Shown here in pieces: positions 27,300-40,912 of a DNA stretch of 64,000 bases. Below the pieces are notes generated by a model that was not told the origin of the DNA, made no database searches, and was given only the letters and a program-made list of their open reading frames with translations. Each line of letters starts with the position of its first letter. Positions within the stretch are counted from its first letter, which is position 1. The stretch is from Lama guanicoe (lineage: Eukaryota): assembly GCA_013239625.1 (NCBI GenBank), contig MU054001.1:5753078-5817077 (forward strand). Direction: 5' to 3'. The position numbers and the translations under genes were made by a program.

Positions 27300-28258
27300 A
27301 GAAAACAGTAATACATTCATCTTCATGCATCTGTAATACCAGAAAGAAATTAGTTTATAAAATACTTATTACACAAAATGAAGTAACACCCTCACTTGGT
27401 ACACACTTCACACACACATGAAATATCCTAAGAGAGGAGTGGAAATCCCGCAGCTGATGGCGGGGCCCTCACTCACCTGCTTTACCTGTGGTTGTAGCCA
27501 CTGCGGTCCATGTGTGCCTGATTAAGTGTTTTATAGACTAAAAATGGGTGAGTGGAGTGTTTAAAAACATTCCTGCAAAATACCATTAAAGATAATAGAG
27601 GCAAAAATAGGAACAATGAGAAAATAAGAGTTGACATTTTTATTTCTAGAATAAGCTTCAATAGCCACATTATGAAATAAAACAATTATCTGATTAGAAT
27701 ACATCATTTTCTTCACCAAAATGTAATTTTTAAAATTTATTCTGCGTGTGTTGTATACATGAGTACCTAACAACAGTACAACGGTACACATATGCTATAC
27801 ACATATTACGTATCTGTTCTTCCTTATGGATTGAATTGTGTCTCCTCAATGTGACTATATTTGGAAATACGGCCTTTAAGGAGGTAACTAAGGTTAAGAG
27901 AAGCCGTAAGGGTGGGGTTCCTAATCCAATATGACTGGTGTCCTTACAAGGAGAGAGAGAAAGAGAGACAAAGGGATGCGGGAACACAGAGAAGAGACGG
28001 CCGTCTGCAAACCAAGGAGAGAGGCCTCAGGAGGAATCAAACCTGCCAACACCTTGATCTTGGCCTTCAAACCTCTAGAAATGTGAGGAAATAAATTTGT
28101 TTGCTTTTTTAAGCCACCTAATCTGTAATATTTTGTTATGGCAGACTTAGCAAACTAATATATCCTTATTACATATGTATTTACATTATAGAAAGAGGGA
28201 TTTTCAAAAATTTTTGCTGATGGAATATGCTAACAAAACATATGGGGACTACCAGTGC
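27300..28258. mobile_element. Possible hAT/Charlie-type DNA transposon remnant interrupted by the MLT1 LTR
   Basis: AT-rich body with a Charlie-like end (aaaaatttttgctgatgg...ggggactaccagtg); terminal repeats not clearly matched. Confidence 0.3.
27824..28161 (+). mobile_element. MLT1A-C-like MaLR LTR
   Basis: ttatggattgaattgtgtctcc...aatgtgactatatttggaaatacggccttta...ctaatccaatatgactggtgtcctta...acctgccaacaccttgatcttgg...ttttgttatggcagacttagcaaactaata. Confidence 0.85.
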
Positions 28259-29579
28259 AGGCAACAAAGAGACCTTAGCAAATACAAAGGCCTCAAAACA
28301 TAACTTACAAACAAATCCTTAAAGAAAGTAACCTGAAGATACACTCCATCTGAACAACAGATAAATCATAATAAAAAGGTCAGAAGCAATCAAATCATTT
28401 AAGCACAGAATTCAAACTAAATGTAGGAGGACACACTTCTAGAATGAGGGAGTAAGGAAGTCTGAAAATCTGCTTCTCCATAAAAGCAATGAGAACACTG
28501 GCAAATGTCAAAATCAATTTTTTCAGAATTCTAGAAATTAATGAGTATTTTTTTCAAGAAAAACAGCTGAATCTCCGTAAATATAACAAGCTTTGTGGTG
28601 TTTTCACTTGCTTTACACCCTTCCCTTCTCCCAAGTTCATGGCAGCCTCACAACTACAATAGCTGTGAAAACCAGCAGTCCAGCAGCCCCCATGGGGCAG
28701 AACAGGATTAGAGCTCTCCACAAGCCCCAGCCCCCGAGAATGTCACTGTCTGAGGGGTCTGGCAGTTCCTTGGAAAGGTCTCATTCTCAGGATGCATCTT
28801 TATTTGATCTGACTCAAGAGAACACTCTGTGTGAACAGCACTATCCTCGGGGCACTTGTCAAAAACCAATAGCAACTGTTTGACACTGCAGCTGCCTGAG
28901 GCAGCAACATCAGTTGGGACAAACAACAGGCTGATCAAAAAACTTAATGAAAAACTCTGGGGGATGAGATACTCATGGAGGCCTTTCAAAAGCTCTGAGG
29001 TGTTCCTGGGAATCTAGGCAGTCATGTATATGTACAGGACTGTAAGTATGACCAGAAACGATCTGAGACAGCCCTCAAAGCCCACCTCTGGCAGACACTG
29101 AGGCTGCGTAAAAGCAGGCAGTGAAGGCTGAGGCAGTTATAAACTACCTGCCCTCGTGTTAAACACAGAGCCCCTTGGAAAAGAGTGGAAGACCACCGAT
29201 TTAGGCACTTAAGGAAATCTTTGTCCTATCATTAGCTGGCCACTAGACAAACTGAGCAGCTTCAGTGGCCACACATGACAAAGAATACAGATTTTACAGA
29301 ATAAGACCAGGAAAATCACTAAAAATAACCAAATAGCAACAACAACAAAACAACAAACCCTTAGGGAGGGGGAAATCTGATTAGTTTAAAAATCGTAATA
29401 TTTTACATGTTCAGTTTCAACAAAGAAATTATGAGACACATGAAGAAACACAAAGTATGGCCTAAAATCAGTAAAAGAAAAAAAAAAAAGCAGTGACTAC
29501 AAACAGTCCCTGAGAAAGCCCAGATGTTAGACTTCTTAGACAAAGATTTAAAATCAGCTATTAAAAATATACTTAAAAC

Positions 29580-29918
29580 AGAAATGCTACAATATGGGTG
29601 AACCTTCAAGATACTGTGCAAAATGAAATAAATCAGTTGTAAAAAGACAAATATTGTATGATTCCACTTATATAAGGCATATAGATTAGTTAAACTTACA
29701 GAAACAGAAATGAGAATAATAGGTGGCAGGGGCTTCTTGAAGAAGGAAGAAACACAGAGTTGCATTTAATTAGCACAGAGTTTCAGTTTTGCAAGATGGA
29801 AAAGTTCTAGAGGTTCGTTACACAAAAATGTGACTATATCTATCACTACTGAACTGTATACTTTAAAATAGTTAAGACGGCCAATTTTATGTTATGTGTA
29901 TTTTACCACAATTAAAAA
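29580..29918 (+). mobile_element. L1 3' end nested in the ORF1 remnant of the larger L1
   Basis: atgctacaatatgggtgaaccttcaag...cactactgaactgtatactttaaaatagttaag...ttttaccacaattaaaaaa. Confidence 0.75.
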
Positions 29919-31109
29919 ACAAAACTAAAGGAAATCAAAGAACCGCAGGAAACTATAAGAATGATGTTCTAAGAAATACAGAATACCAATAAAGAGACAG
30001 GAATCATAAAAAAGATACAAATAGAAATTAAAAGTTGAAAAATATAGTAATTTAAATGAAAAATTCACTAGATGGGCTAAAGAGCAATTTTAGCTGGCAG
30101 AGGAAAGAATCAATGAACTTGAAGATAGGTCTTCAACAGACCAGTGCAGACGTGAACAATACTATAAACCAATTAGACATAACAAAACCTAGAGAACCCA
30201 CCCAACAGCAGCAGTATACACATTATTGTCAAGGGCACATATAACAATCTCCAGCAAAGACCATAAGCAAGCCTTAAACAAATGTCTATCGTTCAAAGGC
30301 CTGCAATCATAGAAACTATAATCTCCAATCACAATGTGATCAAATTAGAAATGAATAAAAAGAAAATCTGGAAATTCATAAAACATGAAATTAACCCCTA
30401 AATAACAGAAGAATCAAAAAGAAATTGTAAGGGAAACTGGAAAATATTTTGAGATGAATAAAAAAAAACCAAAATATGTTACTAGAATTTATGAGATGCA
30501 GCTAAAGTAGTGCTTATAAATATATTGATAGCCGAAATGCTTATATTAAATTTCAAATCAATAACCTAACCTTCCACCTTAAGAAAGTAGGAAAAGAAGT
30601 GCAAACAGAACACAAACAAGCAGAAGGAAGGATTAGAGAATAATTAGAGAGTAAATAAATGGAACAGTGAAGAGTAAAACAACTAGGAAAATCAATAAAC
30701 CAAAAGTTGGTTTTTTGACTAGTTCAACAAAACTGACAAACATTTAGCAATATTAGGGAGAACACTCAAATGACTAAAATCAAGAAAGACACAGGTCACA
30801 TTACTATCAAACTTACAGAAATAAAAAAGGAGTAAGACTATACTATAAACAACTGTATGCCAATAAATTTGATCTGAATAGATCCTGCCATTTCTATCCA
30901 ACATTGTACTAGAGGTTCCAGCCAAGGCAATTGGCCAGGGGGTGGGGCGATAAGGCATCCAGATTGGAAAGAAGTAAAAGTATCTGTATTTGCAGACAAC
31001 ATGATCTTATAAAATCCTAAAGAATCCACTGAAAAAAACTACTAGAATAAACAAGTTCTGAAAGGTTGCAGAATACAAGACTGATACACAGAAATCAATT
31101 TGTATTTCT

Positions 31110-31233
31110 TATTTTTTTTTTAGCTTTTATTTAGTTTATTTTTTTATTTTTAGTTAATAGAGGTACTGGGATTGAACCCAGGACCTTGTGCATGCTAAGC
31201 ATGCACTCTACCACTGAGCTATAACCCCTGCCT
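31110..31233 (-). mobile_element. tRNA-Ala-derived SINE (Vic-1-like), inserted in an old L1 ORF2
   Basis: Reverse complement of the same consensus (gaggtactgggattgaacccaggaccttgtgcatgctaagcatgcactctaccactgagctata), T-rich tail on the left. Confidence 0.85.
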
Positions 31234-34200
31234 TCTGTAATTTTTTTATATAAAGAATGAACGATTCAAAGAAGAAATGCAGAAAATAATTGAATTTCCA
31301 ATAGTATCAAAAGGAATAAAACATTTAAGAACAAGTTTAGCAAAAGAATTGCAAGACTTATATACTCAAAAACCACAAAACATAGTTGAAAGAAATTACA
31401 GAAGACCTAAATAAACAGGACCTCCAAGTTCATAGAATGGAAGAATTAACATTATTAATATGGCAGTACTCACCAAAGTGATCTACAGATTGAGTGTAAT
31501 CCCTATCAAAATCCTAGCTGGCTTTTCTGTACAAAGTGACAAGCTGATCCTAAAACTCATATGGAAATACAAAAGACCAAGAATGGCTGAACAATCTTTA
31601 CAAAGAAGAACAAATCTGGAGGATTCACACTTTCCAACTCCAATAATTTCTACAAAAACCACAGTAATCAAGACCATGTGATACTGGAGTAAGCAAAGAA
31701 ATACAGATCAATGGAATGGTTGGAAGTCCAGAAATAAACCCTTACACTTATAGTTAACTGATTTTCCATGGAAACATCCCAGGAAAAAAGAAGTCTTCAA
31801 CAAATGGTGCTTGGCACAACTGGATATTCACATGCAAAAGAATGAAGAGGGTCCCTACATCTCACACCACATACAGACATTAACTAAAAATGGATTATAG
31901 ACCTAAATATAAAAACTAAAAATGTAAAACTCTTAGAAGAAAACGTAGGAGTAAATCTTCATGACCTTGGATTAGGCAATGGCTTCTTAGATATGGCATC
32001 AAAACCACAAATGACAAAAGAAAAATATAGATAAATTAGACGTTATCATAATTAAAAACTTTTCTGCTTCAAAGAACACCATCAAAAAAAGTGAAAAAAA
32101 AGCCCACAAAACTGGTGAAAGTATCTGCAAATCATGAATCTGAGAAGGAACTTGTAACCAGAATATATAAGAAACTCACTATGAAAAAGAAAAATACCCA
32201 GTTAAAAATGGGCAAATGATTTAAATAGCTGTTTCTATAAAGGAGATCTGCAATTGGCCAACAAATACATGAAAAGATGCTTAATATTATTAGCAATTAG
32301 GGGACTGAAAATCAAAATCACAATGAGCTATCATTTTACACATACTAAGCAAACGGGTGGCTAACATAAAAAAGACAGACAATAATAGGTGTTGAGGAGG
32401 ATGCAAAGAAACTGGAACCCTCCTACATCATTAATGAGGTGGTAAAATGGTGTAGCCACTAGGGAAAATAGTTTGGAAGTTTCTCAAAATGTTAAATACA
32501 GAATTCCCATATGATCCAGCAACTCCACTCCTAGGTATACACCCAAGAGAACTGAAAACCTATGTCTACACAAAAGCCTGTATATGAATGATCATAGAAG
32601 TATATTCAGAATAAGCGAAAGGTAAGAACAACCCAAATGTCCATCAGCCAATGATAAACAAAATGTAGTATGCTCATACAACAGAATATTACTTAGCCAT
32701 AAAAGGAACAAAGTTCTGATACATATAACATGGATGAACCCTGAAAGACATTATGCTAAGTGAAACAAGACAGTCATAAAAGGTCACATACTATATGATT
32801 TCATTTATATGAAGTATCTAGAATAGGTAAATCCATGGAGACAGAAAGATTAGTCATTGCCAGGGGCTTGTGGGAGGGGGCAATGGAGAGCAGCTGCTAA
32901 CAGAGACATAGGCAATGACAATGTTCCAAAACTGGGTAATTTATTCAAAATACTGAAAAACTGCAGAATTGCACATTTAAAGGGGTGAATTTTACGGTAT
33001 GTGAATTGTATTTCAATAAATCTGTTAATTAAAAAATAAAGGTGGAAAATGTATTTACAAAAAAGAATATAAAAACAAGATACTACTGCACACTTAATAC
33101 AATGGCCAAAATCCAAAACACTGACAACCAAATACTGGGGAGGATGTGGAGCAACAAGAACTCTCGTTCACTGCTGGTGGAATGCAAAATGGTATGGCAA
33201 CTTTGGAAGACAGTGTGACAGTTTCTTACAAAATTTAACATGCTCTTACCTTATGATCCAGCAATTGCACTCCCTAGTATTTACTCAAGTGGGCTGAAAA
33301 CTTATGACCACACAAAAACCTGCACATAAACATTTATGGTAGCTTTGTTCCTAATTGTCAAAAACTAGAAGCAACTGACATGTCCTTCAATAGATAAATG
33401 GATAAACAAACTGTGGTTTGTCCATACAATGGAGTATTATTCTGCGATAAAAAGAAATGAGCCACAAAATGACATGGAAGAATCTTAAACACATTATTAC
33501 TAAGTGAAAGAAGTCAATCTGAAAAGACTACATAAGTCCAACAACATGACATTTCTGGAAAAGACAAAACTATAGAGACAGTAAACAGTACATATGGAGA
33601 CAGTGATTGACAGGGATGTAGGGAGAGGAGACAGGAGACTAGGTGGAGTATGTGGGATTTTTAGGGCAATGAAACTATTCTTTACAATGTAATGGTGGAA
33701 TACAGGTCACTGTATATTCACCAAAACTCACAGAATATACAGTACAAATTGAACCCCGATGTAAACTATGGACTTTAGCTAAAATAATGTGTTAATTCTG
33801 GCTCATCAATTTAAAAAATGTACCACACTAATGCAAGATATTAATAAAAGGGGAAACTGGGTAACAGAGGGTGAGAAGTTAGTTATATGGGGTCCTTGGA
33901 ACTTTTCACTCACTTTTATTCTAAAACTGCTTTTAAGAAAGCTATTAATTTAAAATAAGAAAGAATATAAAGGTTGAAAATAGTTTTTGATAAAGATTCA
34001 TAATGTTAAAAAAGAATACAATCAATTAAAGTAACCAGGAGGTGAGATGAGGAAGGGATCGATTACTGTATATTATTTCATTTTATACAAGGGAGGGACA
34101 AGAAACCCTATTTCATTATAATGTTGATACCTAAGAGAAATAAAGATGTGCTTTTTTTTTAAATTAAAGGTACCAAAAGTAGTATTAAAAAAAACAGAAT

Positions 34201-34329
34201 ATACAACAGAATATATGCCTTCTGAACTAATAAACTGTCCACATAGTTAATAATGTAATTCAAAGGAAAAAAGTAGGATCCTTCTTACAAAGGGGACAGA
34301 AAACAACCAAAACACAAGATGTCAATAAG

Positions 34330-34670
34330 ATGTATTTTATTTGTCCATGGATTTCTTTATGTTTATCTTACATGGATTCACTAAGCTTCTTGGATGTGTA
34401 GATTTATGTTTTTCATTAAATCTGGAAAGTTTACATCTATTATTTCTTTGAAAATTTTTTCTGCTCCCGTCTCCCTTTCCTGTCCTCTTATGCATATACT
34501 GGTGTGCTTAATGGTATTCCACATTTCCCTAATGGTCTGTTGACTTTATTCATTCTTTTTTATCTGTTCTTCAGACTAAATAATTTCTATCAATCTGTCT
34601 TCAAATTCACTGATTCTTTCTCCTGCCAGTTCAAATCTACTGCTGATTCCCTCCAATGAATTTCTCATTT
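34330..34670 (-). mobile_element. L1 ORF1-region fragment
   Basis: cactaagcttcttggatgtgtagattt...aatctgtcttcaaattcactgattctttctcctgccagttcaaatctactgctg. Confidence 0.7.
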
Positions 34671-35749
34671 CAGAACTGGAACCTCAATGTTCATTATCAT
34701 GATTATGCATATAGCTTCATAATTTATACACATGTCAAAATTCAGCAAATTGTACATTTTAAATATACTCACTTTACTATATGTCAATTATATCACACTG
34801 AAGTGGTAAAAAAAAAGTCAATAAAATATTATTTAAGTAGTAACATTTTAAAAGGTGAGCTGCTTTGGTTTAATCAATGAATCCCCATCTCCATTTGTGA
34901 ATTAAACTGCCCAAAGCAGAGCATACATTTTCTACAAAATATCCAAATTTTATTTATTTTTGGCAAAAGAGAATCATTAATATAAAGGAGGTTTCTATAT
35001 AATTTTGTACATGTTTTCTATTCTTTGTATGAAAAACAAGAATATAGACATAACATGTTAAATACTGGTAAAATATTTCCTTACATGTTTAGACAGGGTA
35101 TTTTGAAAAGTGCTTGTTCCTGAAAATCTGGGAGGCAGAGACTAAACCCAACTTATCATTATTTCTCAATTCATTAATCAAACTACTATTTCTCAACTTA
35201 TTTTTTACAATTTACTGTCTCTATATCTGTCAAGTATTCTTTTTTCTTTTCTCTTCTTATTCTACGAGTGAGTCCAGTGGTAAGCCCTTATAGAGACAGA
35301 AAGATGACAAGGGCCAAGATGTGGTCTACATGTTTGTCCAATGATTCCCTGATACAGCATCCCAGAGGATGGCAGCAGAGGAGAAGAAAGCCTTAGAAAT
35401 TATCCAGCCTCAAATTCATACCAGTAATTGTCCCAACAAATTCCAAGATAAGTTTTCATGTAAATTTAGTCATGCAATCCAATCACCACAAACTCTAATT
35501 AACAGGAGTGTTAAACAGGGTAGAAATGAGGAATAGTTATTTTCATTAAGAACACAGCTAAGGGCTGGAGGGCAGTGGATAGTCTGGTGGCAGCCTGAGC
35601 ACGTATATGTGAGGGGTAGAGAGTGGGTAATAAGGGAGAGACAGAAAATGGAAGTAGGGTATAAAAAGAAAATCAAAAAGCTAACAAAGACATTAAGACA
35701 TTTTTCTGGAATCTGCAACTATGCCTTGGCACTGGCAACAAGGTTTGCT

Positions 35750-36050
35750 ATATTGAAGTATGGTTGATTTACAATGTTGTGTTAGTTTCTGGTGTACAGC
35801 AGAGTGATTCAGTTATGCATATGTGCATATATATATATTCATATTCTTTTTCAAGTTAAATAGACTCACAGACATAGAAAACAAACTTATGGTTACCAAA
35901 GGGGAAAGGGGTTGGGGGAGGGATAAATTAGGAGTTTTATATTAGCAGATACAAACTACTATATATAAAATAAACAAGAAAGTCTTACTATAGAGCACAG
36001 GGAACTATATGCAATATCCTGTAATAAACCATAATAGAAAAGAATATGTA
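35750..36050 (-). mobile_element. 5'-inverted L1 3' end (two adjacent 3' UTR segments in opposite orientation)
   Basis: About 35750-35856 is the reverse-complemented terminal 3' UTR; about 35857-36050 is the immediately upstream 3' UTR in + orientation. Confidence 0.75.
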
Positions 36051-38559
36051 AACATTTTGTCTATGTGATGACTCCATAATATTAAATCTTTGAACAAGCT
36101 TAGTTGGAAGGTTCTTCCCTTGTACAAGCTTGAAATGGAAAAAACAAACCAAAAAAAGGGTTGCTAGCTCTGAAAAGTAATGATTAGCAAGCCATAAATT
36201 TCCCTAAGTTAGCTTAGTCTGATCATCTGCAGTCAGCTGCAGTCCTTCTCCTAATTAGAGATGGAGGAGAGAAAAAGAAGCCAGAAAATGGACATGGGTC
36301 TTCAACTACACTTCTCTCATAACATCAGTATTTACAGCATTTTTCACTCTGCTAGAGTTCCAGAATTTATATTGTAAACAGAGCATGTGATAAGATAAAA
36401 AATTAAGATATCCTGAACCTCAAGTTTTTCATTTATAAAAGGACAGGGCTGGATTTTCCTGAGTCCCCTCTCTTTGACATTCTTTGACAATGGTGGTAAA
36501 GCTTAGAAGAGAATACGTTCGTTGTGTCTACATAGTAAATACACTACTTGATCTAACTACCAATTGTAATTACAATTCTAATTAAGTAAGTAAGAACTTC
36601 AGTTTTAAAGAAAGAAGCTTACTGTATCTAGACTAGTGGCTTCTCTGCTTTGGGGATACTATATATTACTCAGAACCGTGAATACTGCCTATATAGAAAA
36701 TTGGTAAAGTATCCATGTATTTTATTTGCCCATCACACGAAAGTGTATTTCAGAAATGCACTCATAGTTAACAAAAAAGTCTGAATTTTGCATCTATTAT
36801 AAATAAGATAAAATCTACCTGATAAGAAAAAAGTTCTGTAATTTTGAGTCTAATAATTACATAAAAGGACTTCCCTTGTATCCAACAACAGAGTTGCCTG
36901 AATTCTACTGTCTACCGACATTTGTTTATCAAGTAGTTGGATCTATTTTTATATTTTTCCAATAAGTTTTCAAAAGAGGCTATCCAAATGTTTGTAACAA
37001 TAACTAGAAATACATTCTATTTTTTACAAGCAACGACTCCATGGAAGCTCAAGGAAATCAGCATATCCTTCATGAACAAATATAAAAGCAAGAAGAATCT
37101 ACAGGCAGAACAAGCTTATTCTCTAATTTATCCAGAATAATCACTCTATATCTACTATTATGTACTTCATATTTAGTATATATTCTCTTCATATACATTA
37201 GCTGCAAAATAAAATAATCTTGTACAAGTATACTTCATAAATGATATCTACATGCCAATTGTTTTTTGAACGTAGGCTTTCAATGTAGAAAGATTTAAAA
37301 ACTACCCTCTTGGATATTCCGGAATCTTAGTAATATATTCTACTTTAAACACAAGGTGTTGAATAGTTGAATTTGTTCTTTTTTTCATTCAGGTGGGTCT
37401 ACTGGTGACGGAAATAGCAAGTGGCTTTCAAAATGGACATACAGGAGATGTCAGTGGATATTAAAGTAAAATAACATGTGTAGAGTGTTTTACAGTTTAC
37501 AGACTGCTTTTATATTCTCATTTGTTTCAACAACCTGTGAAGTATGAGAGGTTTTCACCCAGGCTTGGGGCAGGTGGGGAGGAGAAGGAGGTCAGGGACT
37601 AGGCCGCTTGGTTCTTCCGTTTCTGTATCCTGCTTCACTCTCCAGCACCACAGCCTACAAGGAACTGACGCTACTCACCACTAAGCCTCCGTGATGAGCA
37701 TGGGGCCCCAGGTGGCATTTACTCTGAGGCATTATTTGAGGCTTTCATACTTTTAGTTTAAGAAATCAGTTGTCAAAAAAGTGAACACCAAGTTCTCCAT
37801 CAGACAAGAAAATATCATTATGCCAGCTGCTTGTAATCAAAGATCAATTCAATTCAACAAATGTTACTCCATCACTACGAAGCACCAGGTGAACACTCAA
37901 AATATACTTTGCAAAAAAGACGGGGGATTAATCACCGTCTCCTACCACTTGTGAAGCTGTATTTGGTGGACTTATTTCACAATTCCCACTGTCTTTTGGG
38001 AAACCTAAGTATCAGGGAATTACTCTTAAATTCTTTTCAACAGTAACTATAAGTGTCTAACGCGAAAATCTGTCAGATTATCTGAAAAATGCCCCAATGT
38101 AAATTAAACTGAAAGTCTAAAGTCAACATCTAAGAAACCACTAAAATCTTAAACAACTGTCACTATTTTATTGTTCATAGTACTGATCAGTAAACCAATT
38201 ACCAAGCCACCAGACAACTACCTTCCAATAAAAACAAGCAAAACTAAACCAAATCAAACTCTTATCTCCAAGCTCTGGGACTTTTAAGTAGAGTGTCCTT
38301 TTTATTGTCCAAATAGGACCTACTTCTAAGATTAAAAGAGAGTGCAGTTAATAATCAGGCATAAACTGAGACTGTCCCAGGAAAACCAGAAAGTAAGGTC
38401 TCCCTGCTTACAAGGCACATGTTCTAGGCCATTCTGTTCTAAGTTTACAAAAACAGAAAAGAAACAGGAAGCCAGAGGGAACTGTGAGCAAGGAAATAAA
38501 CAAGAAAAAAAAAAGTTTCACAAAGTAAGTTTTCCCCCAATTTTACAAATCAATCTGAA

Positions 38560-40550
38560 TATTAATATTTTACTTAAACCGGGATAAAACGTGGGGGCAG
38601 AGGTCATAAATAAGGAGGACAGGTTAAAGTAAATTTATGAAGCAGTCAGTTCCCAGACCCTTTCCCCTATCCCAGCAAAGTCCTGGAGGTTTATTTTCTT
38701 AAGAACAAAAAACAGTGGTTCCCTGCACAGGTGACACTGGACACAGCTGAGCAGGTATGTACGACACTGAACAGTTCACACACAACAGTTCAGGTGAACA
38801 CATACATCCGGGACACAGAATGCAGTGATACTTTCCCTACTGGGTTCCCAGAATGCTGGCAGCTGGGCCTTCACTGTCAAGCCAAGAGACTAGAAGAGTC
38901 TTCTCTGAGAAATCTGATCAGTCTCAACAGAAAGATCTGAAGTTACTGACACAGGAGGTCCTGTAATCCAACAGCCTACACAGATGACCCTACTGGGAAA
39001 CTCATAATCAATACGCCCCTCCCCTATGTTCACAGCTTCCAATCAGCTTTTGTTCCTCACTATTAAATATGACACACAAACAAAAATTATCAGACATTTA
39101 ATGAAAATGAAAAACTAATATAAAAGACAGAGATCAGAAAAAATATATAGAAAATAGATAAATGCAGCTTTTGGGCAAAGAGAAAAAAAATTTTTAAAAA
39201 CCTATTAGTATATTTCTCAGGGATAAAAAGACATTACAACTGTGTAACAAGGGCAAAATACTATAAAAAGAATATGCAGAGAAATTTTAAAAAGTTGATC
39301 TTTGAAATGATAAACTCATAGAAGGATTAAAAGATAAAACTGAGGAAGTCTTCACAGAAAGTAGAGCAAAAAATAAATAGGAGAGAGAAGAAAATTAAAG
39401 ATCTAACATCAAATGAACAGGAGTTCCAAAAAAAATGAAGTTGTCAACAAAAGGATTCAAGAGAATTTTACAGAAATAAAAGGACAGTATTTTCCAATTC
39501 AAAGAATCTTCAAAGCATCAGCAAAAATGGACACTAAGAGATCCACACCAAGGCATTGATACACATTTTCAGAACAGGGGGATAAAGAAAAGATCTGAAA
39601 AGTTTTCAGAGAGCAAAACAAGTCACAAAAGGCAAGACCACAATGGTAGTCTCATCAAGAGCAACACTGGGAACTGGAAAACAATGGAGAAACGTCTTTA
39701 AAATTTTGCAAGAAAATTACTTCCAACCGGAATTCTATACCCAAACTACCAATCAAGAATGAGGGAGACATAAAGAAAGTTTTTGATATGCAAGTTGAAA
39801 AACATTTACCACCTATGCAGGCTTTCTCAGGAAGCTACTGTGGGATTAACACTATGACAATGAGAGAATAAACCAAGAAAGAGGAAGGCGTGAAACACGG
39901 GCAACAGGAACCCCAACATCCGGGAGGGGGAGGGGGAGCTCTGTACCGGATGTGGAAATGACCAGCTTGGATCCGAGGCCTGGAGAAGATAAAACTGATG
40001 GAGCACAAAGTGTCTGAAAGTCTTGAAAGGAGAACTAGACAATTGGTGCAAGTAAACAAAAGACACAATATAATTATTAACTCAACAAAGATTTTTGATA
40101 ACACATACATAAAAAAAAAAAGGAGGACAGGAAAAGAAAAGTGACCATCGTTCACCACACGGCTCGGGTGCGAAAAGCACTTGTATAACTATAATGTAAA
40201 TGGTCAATAATGACTTAACAAAATCAGGATAAAATTTGTATTGGGAGTTTGGGGGTATAAAAATGACGTGGTAGGGACAGAGGAAGCAAGCAGGCCAAAC
40301 TCTCATCTCCCACAGACAGCAATCAACAGATAAAGCCCAAAACTGTAAAATCAAGAAAACGATACAGCCATGCTATCGTGAGAAAGAACTAAGAGTCAGA
40401 GGTCAAAGTGCAGAAGAGGAAATTAGGAACCCAAGGAAGAAAGACTAGCTTGCTGATTTTTTTTTGTAATAATCCTATAGAATTACTGGTCTTTAAACAA
40501 AAAGTATGCACAGAATTTTGTTAAACTATTTGATAAAAACAAAAAGAGAA
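38560..40550 (+). mobile_element. HAL1-like (ORF1-only) or L1ME remnant
   Basis: ORF1 C-terminal remnant near 39660-39800 (ATLGTGKQWRNVFKILQENYFQP) followed by UTR-like sequence and an A-rich end with no ORF2 remnant seen. Confidence 0.55.
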
Positions 40551-40770
40551 AAAGAAAAAAGAAATGAGGGGAATTATCAGAAAAAGGAAAGAAAAAGAAA
40601 TCTCTATGACATTTTAATTTAAATATCAAATTGCTTCAGGTTTTAGTCTGTATCGAAGTGTTTTTCCCACAACTAAACCATGGCAACGTACATGTCGCCT
40701 TAATATGATTATCTATTCTCATCCATACTCTCCAAGTGTGATTACAGACAGGAAATTTTCTAAATCTTAC

Positions 40771-40912
40771 CTCAAGCAGAGCTGCAGCGGGATCACCCTG
40801 AAGACTTTTTCCTAGTTTGTCCACCTCATCTAATAGGAACACTGGATTGTTCACCCCAACAGTCTTCAAGCCATTGATTATACGGCCTGGCATGCTGCCG
40901 ACATAGGTGCGC
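40771..40912 (-). CDS. LONP2: LONP2 exon 8 (142 nt), pore loop RTYVG and Walker B VFLLDEVD
   Basis: Acceptor tcttctgtag|G, donor GAG|gtaaga; inside ORF 40636..40971: [47 protein letters not shown]. Confidence 0.97.

Larger units (their letters stand above)
28430..33960 (+). mobile_element. Old L1 (L1MB/L1MC-like) composite: 5' UTR, ORF1 and ORF2 remnants, two 3' ends, nested insertions
   Basis: ORF2-like peptide in ORF 31460..31681 (IYRLSVIPIKILAGF...DKLILKLIWKYKRPRMA); typical 3' UTR motifs ending near 33040 and 33955; many stops and frameshifts. Confidence 0.85.

Noticed and set aside
31460..31681. L1 ORF2-like ORF as an active element
   Set aside because: Short, and surrounded by stops, frameshifts, deletions and nested insertions.
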